This document shows, in pieces, positions 24,273 to 38,157 of a stretch of DNA of 64,000 nt. The notes beneath the pieces are model-generated. The model saw nothing but the letters and a program-made list of their open reading frames with translations, was not told the origin of the DNA and searched no databases. This DNA comes from the human T2T-CHM13v2.0 reference genome, Homo sapiens. The number at the start of each line of letters is the position of its first letter. Within the stretch, counting starts at the first letter, position 1. Location: assembly GCF_009914755.1 (NCBI RefSeq), contig NC_060926.1; one strand, written 5' to 3'. Position numbers and translations under genes: made by a program.

Positions 24273-24459
24273 GGGGAGGGTAATTTAAAAACAGACCTGC
24301 TTTATGCCATTTAAAATGGGAATATGTCTTGTTAAAAACACATTTAAATCCAGGGAGGTTTCTCTGTGCCATTAGTATCAAGCACTAAATGAACACTGTA
24401 TGACTGAGATGACAGAAATTTCCTCTTGGAGAAAATTGAAGCCAACAGTTGATCAACAC

Positions 24460-24690
24460 AGCATATAATTAACAGGGCAGGGTGTGGAGTCAGGCTGCCT
24501 GGGTTCAAATTCCGGAACCACCATTGAGTGGCCTTGGAGAAATAGCTTAATATTCTGTCTCAGTTTACTTATCTAGAAAATGGACATAATTATGATGTCT
24601 CCCTCAAAGAGCTTTTCTAAGTATTAAATGATGTAATATATTTAAAGAGGTTAGAACATGGTCTGACATTCAATACATTCTAGCTATGAT
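24460..24690 (+). mobile_element. MIR
   Basis: ggagtcaggctgcctgggttcaaattcc...ctgtctcagtttacttatctagaaaatgg MIR core. Confidence 0.75.
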
Positions 24691-27379
24691 TAAGTGTTAA
24701 TTCAGTCTGGTAAAAGTGAACGTAGTCTTTGCCAAGGGTAGTAAAAAAGCTCTGACCCTCATCAAAGATGTTAGATTGAGAGCCAGGAGTCTACATTCAT
24801 TGTCCCAAATAATGAATGCTGAACTCAAGAACATCACAGCATAGAGAAACCTCTGTTTGAGCTCTACCTCCCCGTGATGGCCCCTGTCCCCACCTACCTC
24901 TCCCAAGGCTGCCCCTGATGGCGAAAACTCCCTTCACCACAAGAGCTAACAAAGGTTCAGCAGGAACTGCCTCACTCTCTCAGTTTCTCCTTCCTCTTCA
25001 GAGGGAGTGCCTCTGTTTTAATTCCAGCTCAGGTTCTTTCTCACACATATATACAAGGAGTTAACATTCTCCGTCTCCTCTGGTTCCAGTTTTTGCAGTG
25101 GGCTTAGGAAAATGCTTTTCCTCCCTTCATTTCCTTTATCACCCTCCCTCCTCCACCAAACATTCTGATCATGGCCATAAGCCCAAGCAGTGGCAGTGAT
25201 AGACTTGTATAAAGAAAAGGAAAACCCATTGAACCTGAAAAGTAAACAGCACAAAGGTCAAATAACAACGAAAGGCTTGTCAAAGGCTTGTACATGGTTG
25301 CCAAGAGTGTGGTACTGGCAAGCAATGCTTTGAGACTGTACAGGTAGAGAGAAGTTATTAGGGCCGCAGCATCCATGGGAGGGCTTTGGGGAGAGAGAGA
25401 AGAGCTAGAGCTGACCCTGAAGGGACGGTGATTCCCAAACTGTGGTAATCTGGGTGGCCTGAGTAAAGTCATCTGTGCTCAGAGGCAGGGACCAGGTGGG
25501 TCTCTCTGGGATGGGGGTTTGTGTTGGAGGCAATGAGCAAAAGTCTGAAAGTATAATTTGAGCCCTTAATGGTAAAGTCCAGAAGTTTGACATCAAAGAT
25601 GGCAGTGATTTGATCAATGTCGCTTACTGAGGTTTAAGGAAAGATACAAATTATCTGTAAAAATGTAAACTCAAAACAAATTTGTCAAAAGTTCAGTATA
25701 GTAGTGTATCACCACTGTGCTAAAGGTTTTCTTATTTCAAATAACTCAATAAAAATGAGGCAAACCATTCTGTAACTAGCTAAACTGAAGTCCATACCAA
25801 CTATTTAATGCTTCAAAATAACCTTAAACTTCTACTCACTTATCATTCTACAATTTAAGTAAGTAATGTTTCACATTTTCAACAGAATGTATGCTTATAG
25901 ACACATAAACACGAAAGATAGGGACAGATCATCTTGGTGACTTGCACGTATGTGGCAAGTGTCCTAGGGAAAGGAGCAGGCATGGGGTGAAGGTGGGAAC
26001 AAGAGTGCCTGGCGTGACCATGTGAGGCAGGGCATTTGGCTATGTGTTGCTGTGTGCTCTGTCTCACCCCCGTGACCCAAGAATATTAGTGTGGCAGGGT
26101 GTGGACAGCAAGGATTAATGGGTCATTGGCAAACATGGGCGAGGCTGGTGTTTTACTCCCTTCTGAACAGTCTTCAGTACTATCAAGCTTTTGCTTGTTT
26201 TTTGGTGGTGTGGATGGCAGGTTTCATTTGCAGGGCCAAATATATATAAACTAATAACTGCCAGGAATGATTTGTGATATGGAATGAAATCTTTCAGTAC
26301 TTTTTAAATGATAGAGGCATTAAAAGAATGCAGGAGAAATAAATTCCTGTGGATGAAGCAGACTTTTTTTGGGGGGACAGAATTACTCAGTTCTAACATT
26401 AACTATGTTTTATTAGTTCTTTGAAAAACCTGCAAATGATCTGGTCAGTTCTATAATTTTAAAATCTAAAATCGTTTACTATCCCAATACCCTAAAAACA
26501 ATACTTACTGTGGGGTCTTTTATTAAGACTTTAAAGATACTTTTCATAAGCACAATTTTATTTCCTGGTGACTGGAAAAATAGGAAAATATTTAGAGCCT
26601 TTTGCTTAATTGATAAGGTAACACTGAAACAAAGGTTAAAAACAAAGCTGAATGGAGAAAATAATGCCTATAGAAATATTCATGTCAAACAGGTAAGAAT
26701 ATTCTTGGCAACTGCAGCCCCTGCCTCCACAATTGCAAAATTGCAGCTCCCTGTCCCTTCTGTCTGTCTCAGCTCCGCCCACGTCCAGTGGCTGAGCTAC
26801 AACGAACTGCCCCACCTCTTTTAAAGCGTCTTTCTCTGAACTGTGCAAGGAAGAGAGCATCGCCTGACAGTGGTGAGGTGAAAATTAAAACTACACAGGG
26901 GTCAATGCTCTGCTGAAAAGTATGAAAAGAAGTTCGTTTGTAGCGTTTCCCGCAGTCTCCTCGCCTCTCCTCGGCCTCTGGCGCCTTCCTCCCCTGTCTG
27001 CTCGCACCCTATATTTCTACCCCAGCTCATCAGTGTATTTGTTTGTTAATTCATTCATTCTTTCATTCATATTCTCCGCTGTTGTTAATTTTCCCATTGA
27101 CAGTAGGCGCAAGGGGCAACGCCACTCGCCCTGTCCCTCTAGCGTGGCCTCTGTTTGGGGGTCTGGGGTGGAGGTCGTCCCGGCCCGGGTGGTTCCGGAC
27201 GCCGGCTTTCCGCACCTGGCTCGGTGACGGCCTCGGCGCCCCGCCCTCTTGGCCACGGTCCGCAGCCATCGCCCCAGTGAGGGCGCGGTCTGTGGGCGGG
27301 GCCGGCTCCAGGAGCCGCGCTGTGATTGGCCGTGTCCAGGCAACCGCGGAGACGCCGTCGTCAACAGACCGCGCTCGGA

Positions 27380-27579
27380 ACCAGAGGCGCGGGTCACAGA
27401 GACCTAGAACAGCTGGAATCCTTCGCCCCCGGCGCGCAGCCTTCGCCCGCCGGAATCGCTGCCTTATCCACCAGCGGGATGCTTACCTCGCCCGCCCTCT
27501 CGGGTCAGGCGGGCCCGGGAGGATGGGAGGGTGGCTGCTGAGCGGGAGCCGCCACGTCTTCCACCCGACATATTGCCTA
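27380..27579 (+). other. VWA3B: VWA3B exon 1 (5' leader; start approximate)
   Basis: Strong donor CTA|gtaagt at 27579/27580 inside the CpG island, just downstream of the promoter motifs. The exact TSS cannot be read from sequence. Confidence 0.75.
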
Positions 27580-27659
27580 GTAAGTGTGGGAGCGATGCCT
27601 GCCGCACGAGAGCCGCCGAGGTGCCGAGCCTTCCAACAAGCGGCCTAGGGAGGTCTTGG

Positions 27660-27825
27660 AAAAATGCCATTTCTGAGGTGGACTACACGCCCACTTTACA
27701 GATGCGGAAACAGTACCAGGAAAGCTCGGTGACTTGCCCTGGCCCACTTAATCGTCCGCTACCCAGGGCAAGCCGAGGGTCAAGGTACCGACCCCTCCTA
27801 CTCTAGAGCTCTTTCCATCACACCT
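27660..27825 (-). mobile_element. MIR fragment at the CpG island edge
   Basis: cccactttacagatgcggaaac...gtgacttgccc...ctctttccatcacacc. Confidence 0.6.
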
Positions 27826-28948
27826 CACCCGAGCCCACGCCCAGCCGCTCTGGTGGAAAAGCGGTTTTCCTAGTTTCTGTCTATGCCATAGGCCAGCAGT
27901 TCAAGGTGATGAAGTCCACCTGGGCTTTGGAGGGAACATGGGAACCAGAAGAAACACATTTCCTGAACATAAGGATAAATATGTATAGTCTAAAAGCCAA
28001 AGCAACACTTACATGGTTTCACAATCATATCAGTTTCTTTCACCCTCCTTATATGGAAATAAGACTTAATAAGTAGATTTAGTTTCCATTTGGTAGAGCT
28101 TTTCCTTTCATTTTCTTGGAAGCTCTGTTTCTTCTCAGCAATGACCTTCCTCCTAAAGCACTCCAATTATTCTCAGATATTGCCTTCTTGACTATTTTCT
28201 CAACGGTGGGACAGTCCGTTTCAATATCCTTGTCTCTGTCCACATTATTTGAGCCAATGATCACAGCCAAGCCTTGTCCCTTAAGGGCAGAAAAAATGGG
28301 AGGAGGTTTAAGGGTTTCTGGGGAAGAGTTGCATCAGGATCCATCATGAAGCTTCGTCCCAGTTTCCTTTCTTCCTGGAAAAATCATCGTTCACAAATTC
28401 ACCTAAATCACAAGATATATATCCACCTAGCCCAGACTTCTTTTTCAGAAACTAACAGGGGTATAGGAAGTTTGGGGTGTTGATAATAAAGTAGCTAGAA
28501 GCTTATTGAATGTCTAAACTGGATTAATGGACTCTCAACCCTGCACTGTCCCTGAACCTCCGAGCACATAGGACCTTTTCTCTGAGGGCATGCTGACTTC
28601 ACAAGACTGTCGCCCAGGGCAGCCCAGGAGCATCTGCTTCCAGTAGACGGGGCCCTTGTACAGTTGCCAGCTTAACCTTTCTATTTTCCCCAAAGCTTTG
28701 CCTGCCCACATTTTCAGCTCAGACTTTCACTTCCTTGTTTTTCCTTTTACACTTCCTCCTTCTTCTAAGGAAATACTTTCCTATCCAAACTCTATGTATG
28801 GTTCTTGGGATGGCCTCTAAAACTTAGGGCAATGCTCAACTCCGGTATGTTGTTGTTTCCGACTTCTGGGTTACTTGGTTCCCCAATTTATAATAACCTC
28901 AGCTGAGGAAACTCTGAATAATAGTAAATAAATAAATAAATAGCATAG

Positions 28949-29295
<347 letters not shown>

Positions 29296-29878
29296 AATAT
29301 ATCCCTTTTTTAAAAGAGCTGTTTCCTGATATTAGCCTTATTAACACTGTGGATATTTGCCTTCTTTGAACAAAATCAGGATTCTCTTAGTAGCTCTGAG
29401 TGATCAGTTTTATTCATCTCAACTCTCACACCAAGTGCCTGCTGCGTATGAGGCCCTGTGCTGAGAATCTTCCTGTAGTTTGTCTCCGTAGTCATTGAAC
29501 TGTCTTTAAGTCTAGTGAGGACAAGCCTGAAGTGCCTAAGACCTTAGTGATAAAGTATCATAGCAAAAGTTAGGGTTTTCCCAGGGAGGGGCTGCGGAAG
29601 GTTGTGAAGGGGTTTCGGGGAGGCTTAATGGCAGAGGCAGCATTTGAAATGAGACTTGCAGGCTAAGAGTCTGCATAGGAGAGCCGTCTGAGACCAACCT
29701 GGAGGTGGGAAAGCAGGCGGGCTAGTGGGGGTGGGGTGGGGAGAAGGGGGCTACGTCCCGGCTCGCAGCAGGCTTCCTTGCTCTGATAGAACAGTTCCTA
29801 TCCCACTTGAGTGGAACAATTCCTTCTGTTGGGAGATGGCTTTTCTCCCTTTCCCCCTTTCCTTCCTTTTTTTTTTTC

Positions 29879-29954
29879 CAGACAATACAAATATTCCATT
29901 TGTATTTCAGACAATACAAATATTCCATTTGTATTTCAGACAATACAAATATTC
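29879..29954. repeat. 29-bp tandem repeat, about 2.6 copies, with a palindromic unit
   Basis: cagacaatacaaatattccatttgtattt at 29879 and 29908, partial copy at 29937. Confidence 0.95.
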
Positions 29955-30959
29955 TCAGGCTACAAAACGCTGGAGGTAAGATCTGAATCAGACTGGACTG
30001 TACAGGTTCTCAGATCCAGTAGAGCCAATTACACTTTTTTTAAAAATTAATTTTTTAAAAGTCATATGAGTGCAAAAGGGACTGGGGCGTGCACCTTAGC
30101 TATACTGGAGAAGTTTTGATTGCCTTTTTTGGGGATCAAAAACATGTCCCTTTAGCTTAAAAACAACACCTGTGACTATTCTGAACCCCTCTTTAAGGTT
30201 CCCAAATCCACTTTACAAAATCTTATTAGGGCAGTTTATGTAAAAGTGCTCCCTTTTAAACCTAGTACTCCCTTCAGCAAGAATATTGTAGGAGGTGGGT
30301 GTGTTTCAGGGAAGAGAAAAATTAATTGGAAATGATGAAATAGTAAAGAAAAAAGTTTCTTCTGAGCTTCCCTTTCTTGTTTCTTGGAACAACTGACCAA
30401 ATTTAAAAGACTTTCTTTCAGCTCCAGTCTTTGTGGATAGATCCTCAAAAACAAGTTGAGGCATATTAGTCTGCCCTTGTTTTCATGTTCTGTGATTCTA
30501 AACTTTCTAGCTCAGTATGATTGGAGACTTGGGGATAAAAAGTGCTTGGGATGAAAGTGGGTCTCATGAAACAAAATACAATGACTAAAGAACCATGACT
30601 TTTAGATCATTTATTTGCACATAGCTGTTTCCAACATATAAAGTGCTTATCCACGCATAACTTATACATCAGCACAGTTGTTCCTTGAATAGCCCTGGGA
30701 GTTAGGGTGTGCAGGTGGTATTACTATCCTAGAGAGGTGGAATCACCTTAAAGTGGCAGAATGGGCTTATACTGAGTTTTGATTCTAAACTTTTCCACTC
30801 CTACGTGATGCTCTCCAAGTAATATTGCAATATTCTCCTCAAATTGAGCCTTTGTAGAAAGAAAGCCAGATCTTCACCAATAATAATTTGTATACCTTTG
30901 CAACTCAACATATGTGGACAATACAAATTCACATAAACCTTGAAATGGAAATTATTATC

Positions 30960-31262
<303 letters not shown>

Positions 31263-31429
31263 TCATTATCTTTAAAAGTTTGAGAGTGATAAGCCAAGAA
31301 GCTTATTGAGTCTGAGCTCTGAGAATAAAGATTAGCGTTCCGGATGAGGACCTAGGGCCCTACTAGAATGCAGTCCTACTGGAATGCAGATTGCCTTGTC
31401 CCATAAGACCTGGCTGGAGGAGGTTAATT

Positions 31430-31865
31430 GTAAAGATAGCAGAGTGGTTAAGAAATGGCTTTGACTCCTGCTTTTCTCACTGGCTGTGGCAGAACCTGTG
31501 AGCAAGTTCTTTAAATCCTCGAAGCTTGCGATTCCTCACATGTAAGTGGCGTGTTAATAATGAGTAACTGATATGGTATGAAGAAGCTGTGAGCTAGTGC
31601 GTATAAAAGGACCAACAAATGGAAGTTGTTGCATTGCTTCTATTACACTAAAGATCACAGAACACAGATCCTGGAGCTGAATGGCCTGGTTTAGAATCTT
31701 AACTCCACCCCTTACCAGTTGTAAGATTGTGGACAAGTTAATTAACCCCTCTCTGTCTTGGTTTCCTCATTTGTAAAATGAAAATAAGAGTAGTACCTAC
31801 CTCATGAGGTTATAAGGATTAAATGTAAATTGCACATAACATGATGTTAAATAAGTGCTTGCTAA
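31430..31865 (+). mobile_element. Two MIR fragments
   Basis: gatagcagagtggttaag... and caagttaattaacccctctctgtcttggtttcctcatttgtaaaatg MIR core. Confidence 0.65.
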
Positions 31866-32475
31866 TGATAATACTTCTAACTCCTTTTTATAAAACCTCC
31901 CTGACTTGGTCCAACTGATTTTTGTGTTTGACTGAATTTCCATGTCATGACAGTGAAACTTTTAGGAAATACAGTTAAAGTTTTAGAAATAGGGAAAGAA
32001 CCTATTTTCATTGTTAAAAAGTTTTACAATTCAGGGTATCAGTTTACATGCATTGTGAATTCTGGATACAGAAGTAAGCAGAACTTTCTACACTTCCTCC
32101 AGGTCACCAGGCCCTGCCCATTTGTGGTGAGCGGGTTAAGATTGCATTATAGTTTGGCCCCATCCTTTCCTCTTGCATACACTAGCTATATTTAGGCAGG
32201 TCTAGCTAAGTTTAATATGTTGCATATGGCCTTGGGTCCAGTTGATCCCAGAACAGATGGCTACATGGGCCAGAATGCTTAAGTCCAATTGTAGAGCAAA
32301 GCCCCAGACAATAAAACATTCAGAAAGTGGATACATGTATTCCAGCTGGGCTGAGCTGTGGTCTGGTTCCCAACCGCCACCAGCTCCCAATTAGCCACTA
32401 CACCTGTTCGACAGGTAAAAACCTGTCAGAGTTTTATCCTTCTCATCCTCATTGGGCACAAAATGTCAGGTGTGA

Positions 32476-32909
<434 letters not shown>

Positions 32910-33030
32910 TTAGAAATATTCAAATAATGCAAAAATTTAAACAATATAGAAAAGGCAAAAACCACACATACTACCACCACACAGAGAAAACTACTCTAAA
33001 CCTGTTACGGAATATCTTTCTAGATGTTTT

Positions 33031-33032
<2 letters not shown>

Positions 33033-33076
<44 letters not shown>
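33033..33076. repeat. (TA)n microsatellite
   Basis: About 22 uninterrupted TA units, 200 bp upstream of exon 2. Confidence 0.97.
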
Positions 33077-33079
<3 letters not shown>

Positions 33080-33308
33080 GAATATTGAACTTTATGGATA
33101 CCTCTTAGCAATTCATGTGACTGTCCTCTTTTCCACCAAATATACATGTATAATTTTAATTGATAAATAGCATTCCACTTCATGGGTGTACTATAATTTA
33201 TGTTAAGCCAGTCCCCTGTTGACGTTAGATGATTTCCAAGTTTTTAGGAAGTCTGAGTTTATGATTGCCCTTACAGGAGTTTGCTGTGACTTAGATCTTG
33301 ATTCAGAG

Positions 33309-33504
33309 ATGGAGAAATCAGGCCCATCTTCTACCATCTCTGAGCAGCAGCTGCAGAGGCAAGAGGGATGGATTAACACCAAAACAGACTTGGCTGAGCA
33401 GAGTCTCATTTCATCTGAGAAATGGCTTCAACTGCATGGGCTTAAGAGCAACAAATTGACCTTGAAACAGATTTTGTCACAGATCGGATTCCCACATTGT
33501 GAAG
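33309..33504 (+). CDS. VWA3B: VWA3B exon 2 coding part (exon starts 33277; codons 1-65 plus 1 nt)
   Basis: Acceptor ttgcccttacag|GAG at 33276/33277. ATG 33309 in good context (gagATGg). Encodes MEKSGPSSTISEQQLQRQEGWINTK...IGFPHCE. Donor GAAG|gtacag. Peptide recognised as the VWA3B N-terminus. Confidence 0.95.
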
Positions 33505-36487
33505 GTACAGTACTCACAAACAACCAGCATGCTGCCATTTAGCCTTTGAGGTGGAGGTGGCTGCATCAGCTCTGAAGGCCCCTCAAAAACCACAGGTCTC
33601 TGAGCTTGCTTTGATCTTATATCCCTATCAGTAGAAAATGCTTGCACGTGTGCCCCCAATATATGTGTATTAAGTAGACGTACAATTGTCAATCCATGTA
33701 TTAAATAATGCTTAATTTCATCCTTTCTTTTTTACTTTTTAAATTGACAGATAAAACTGTATGTATTTATCATGTACAACATGATGTTTTGAAGAATGTA
33801 TACATTGTGAATGGCTGTATCTAGCTAATTAACAAATGCATTGCCTCATATAGTCATTTTTTGTGGTGAGAACACTTACCCACTCTTTCTGTGTTTTTCA
33901 AGAATGCAATCCATCATCATTAACTATGATCACCATACTGTACAATAGATCTCTTGACTAGATGTCCTAATTGTAGTGGTATATCCTTTGACTAACATCT
34001 TCCCGATTCCCACCGCCACAACCACCCCAGCCTCTGATAAGCATCACTCTACTCGCTACTTCTATGAGATAAACTTTTTAAAATTCCACATGAGTGAGGT
34101 TATGTGGTGTTTGTCTTCCTGTGCCTTGGTTATTTTATTTAACATAATGCCCTTGAGGTTCGTTCACGTAGCAAATGACAGGATTTCTTTCCTTTTTATG
34201 GCTGAATAGTATTTAATTGTGTATATATACTATGTTTTCTTTATCCAGTCATCTATTGATGGACACTTAAGTTGATTTCGTTATCTTGGCTATTGTGAAT
34301 AGTGCTGCACCAAACAAGAGAGTGCAGATATCTCTTTCACTTACTGATTTTATTTCCTTTGGATATACATATCCAGTAGTGGGATTGCTGGATCATATGG
34401 TAGTTCTATTTTTAGCGTTTTGAGGAACCTCCATACTGCTTTCCATAATAGCTATATTAATTTACATTCCCACCAACAGTGTGTGTGGGTATCCTTTTCT
34501 CCATATCCTTGCCAACACTTATCTTTTTGATATTAGCCATTGTGACAGGAGTGAAATGGTATCTCATTGTGGTTTTGATTTGCATTTCCTTGACCATTAG
34601 TAATATTGAGCATTTTTTTCATATACCTGTTGGCCATTTGTATGATTTATTTTGAGAAATGTCTATTCAGGACTTTTGTCCATTTAAAAACCAGGTTTAG
34701 TTTTAATATTTAAGTTCCTTTAATATTTTGGATATTAACCCCTTTTCAGATGTGTAGTTTGCAAATATTTTCCCCTATTTCTGTAGGTTGTCTCTTTACT
34801 CTGTTGATTTTTTTCCTTTTCTGTAGAGAAACTTTTTACTTTGATGTAATCTCATTTGTTTATTTTTGCTTTTGTTGCCTGTGCTTTTGAGGTCATATCC
34901 AAAAAATCATCACCCAGATCGATGTCATAGATCTTTTCCCTTTTTCTTCCAGTAGTTTCATATTTTCAGATCCTACAATTAAGTCTGTAATTCATTTTGA
35001 GTTGATTTTTGTATATGGTGGCAATAAGGGCCTAATTTTGTTATTCTGCCTGTGGCTATACAGTTTTCTCAATACCTTTTATTGAAGAGACTGTCCTTTC
35101 CCCATTGTGTGTTCTTGGCACCCTTGTCAAAAATCAATTGGCTGTACATACATATGTGGATTTATTTTTTGGCTCTCTATTCTATTCCATTGATCTATGT
35201 GTCTGTTTTTATGCCAGTATCATGCTGTTTTGATTACTATAGTTTTGTAGTATATTTTGAAGCCAGGTAATGTGATGCCTCCAGGTTTGTTCTTTTTGCT
35301 CAAGGTTGCTTTGGGTATTCTGGCTTTCTTTGTGGTTCTATACAAATTTAAGGATTGTTTTTTCTATGTCTGTGAAGAATGTCATTGGTATTTTGTTAGG
35401 GGTTACACTAAATCTGTAGAGCACTTTGGGTAGTGTGGATATTTTTAACAGTATTCATCTTTCCAATCTATGAACATGGAATATCTTTAAATTTGTGTCT
35501 TTTCAATTTCATCCATGTTTATAGTTTTCCTTGTAGATATATTCCACCTCCTTAGTTAAATTTATTCCTAAGTACTTTATTTATTTGTTTTTGGTAGCTA
35601 TTGTAAATGGAATGGTTTCCTTTTACACTTTTTTGGATAGTTTGCTGTTAGCATGTATATCACTGCTGATTTTTGTTGTTAATTTTGTAGTCTGCAACTT
35701 TACTGAATTTGTTAATTAATTCTAACAGGTTTTTAGTGGAGTCTTTAGGATTTTCTCTGTATAAGATTGTGTCATCTGCAAATAGGGACAATTTAGCTTC
35801 TTTCTTTCCAATTTAGATGCTGTTAATTTCTTTCTGTTGCCTGATTGCCTTGGCTAGAACTTCTAGTACTGTTGTGAATAAAAGTGGTGAAAGTGGGCAT
35901 CGTTTTCTTCTTCCAGATGTTAAAGGAAAATCTTTCAACTTTCCTGCCATTCAGTATGTTAGCTGTGGGTTTGTCATATATGGCCTTTACTGTGTTGAGG
36001 CACATTTCTTCTATACATAATTTGTTGAGAGTTTTTATTATGAAGAGATATTGAGTTTTGTCAAATGCTTATTCTGCATCTATTGAAGTGATTATGTAGT
36101 TTTTTGTCCTTCATTCTGTTAATATGATGTATCCCATTTACTGATTTGCATATGTTGAACCATCCTTGCATTTCTAGGATGAATCCCACTTGATAATGGT
36201 GAATGATCTTTTTAATGTGTTATTGAATTTGGTTTGCTAATATTCTGCTGAGCATTTTGCATCTATGTTCATCAGGGGTATTGGCCTGTAAGTTTTCCTC
36301 TTTTGTTGTGACCTTGCATGGTTTTGGCGTCAGGGTAATGTTGCCTCAGAGAATGGATTTGGAAATATTCTCTCCTCTTCAAGTTTTTGGGAAGAGTTTG
36401 AGAAGAATTGGTATTAGTTCTTCTTTAAATGTTTGGTAGAATTCAGCAATGAAGCCATTCAGTCGTGGGCTTTTCTTTGCTGGGAGA

Positions 36488-36947
<460 letters not shown>

Positions 36948-37307
36948 TGATCCTTTGTATTTCTGTGGCATCAGTTGTAATTTTTCCTTTTTTACCTCTG
37001 ATTTTATTTGAGTCTTCTCTCTTTTTTTCTTAGTTTAGCTCTAGGTTTGTCTATTTTGTTTATCTTTTCAAGAGACTATCTCTTTGTTTTATTGATATTT
37101 TTATGTATTTGTATTCTCTATTTCTGCTCTGATCGCTAAGGTAAGGTAAAACATTGGGTTGTTTATTTGAGATATATTTGAGATATATATTTTTTGAAGT
37201 AGGTGTTTATTGCTATAAACTTTCCTCTTAGACTGCTTTTGCTGTACCCATAGGTTTTGTTATGTTGTATTTCCATTTTCATTTGTCTCAAGGAATATTT
37301 TAATTTA

Positions 37308-38157
37308 ATTTAATTAATAAATTTTTTTACTTCAGTAGATTTTGGGGTTCAAGTGGCTTTTGGTTATATGGATGAATTGTATAGTGGTGAAGTCTGAGAT
37401 TTCAGTGCACCTGTAACCCAAGCAGTGCACATTGGACCCAATATTTAGTTTTTTATTCCTCACCGCATCCTCCCCACTTCTGAGTCTCCAAATTCCATTG
37501 TACCACCCTCTTTGTATACCTTTGTATACCCATAGCTTAGATCTCACTTATAAGTAAAACATTTTGGTATTTAGTTTTCCATTCCTGAGTTGCTTCACTT
37601 AAAATAATGGCCTGCAGCTCCATCCAAGTTGCTGCAAAATACATTATTTCATTCTTTTTTTATGCCTGAGTAATATTCCACATTTTCTTCTACCACATTA
37701 TCCACTCATTGGTTGATGGGCACTTAGATTGGCTCTATATCTTTGCAGTTGTGAATTATGCTGTGAGAAACATACATGTGCAGGTGTCCTTTTAAGACAA
37801 TGACTTCTTTTCCTTTTGGTAGATACTCAGTAGATCAGTAGTGGGATTGCTGGATAAAATAGTAGATCTACATGTAGTTCTTTAAGAAATCTCCATACTG
37901 TTTTCCATAGAGGTTGTACTAATTTGCATTCCCATATATAAGCATTCTTTTTTTCTTTTTTTAACCACATCCATGGCAACATCTATTGTTTTTTGACTTT
38001 CTATTAATGGCCATTCTGGCTGGGGTAAGGTGGTGTATCATCCTGATTTTAATTTGCATTTCTCCAGTGATTAATGATGTTGAGCATTTTTTCATATGTT
38101 TGTTGGCCATTTGTATATCTTCTTTTGGGAATGTCTATTCATGTCATTTGCCCATGA
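37308..38157 (-). mobile_element. 5'-truncated L1PB-like element nested in the L1MA
   Basis: L1PB-type 3' UTR. TSD aatattttaattta at 37294-37307 and 38158-38171. Confidence 0.82.

Larger units (their letters stand above)
27080..27850. promoter_or_regulatory. VWA3B: CpG island / VWA3B promoter
   Basis: Abrupt GC- and CpG-rich block in a CpG-depleted window. GC boxes (ccccgccc ~27239-27246; gggcggggc 27294-27302), inverted CCAAT (attgg 27325-27329) and X-box-like gtgtccaggcaac (27332-27344). Boundaries approximate. Confidence 0.9.

Noticed and set aside
27043-27648. 201-aa ORF and overlapping ORFs on both strands in the CpG island
   Set aside because: Arg/Pro/Ala/Gly-rich and expected from stop-codon scarcity in GC-rich DNA. 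It runs through the exon 1 donor and has no recognisable domain.
29879-29954. Palindromic 29-bp direct repeats resembling a CRISPR array
   Set aside because: No spacers, only 2.6 copies, no cas genes, and a primate intronic context.
33219-33276. ORF-track N-terminal extension MTLDDFQVFRKSEFMIALT, and similar extensions at 55840, 59669 and 61501
   Set aside because: Intronic read-through upstream of clear splice acceptors.
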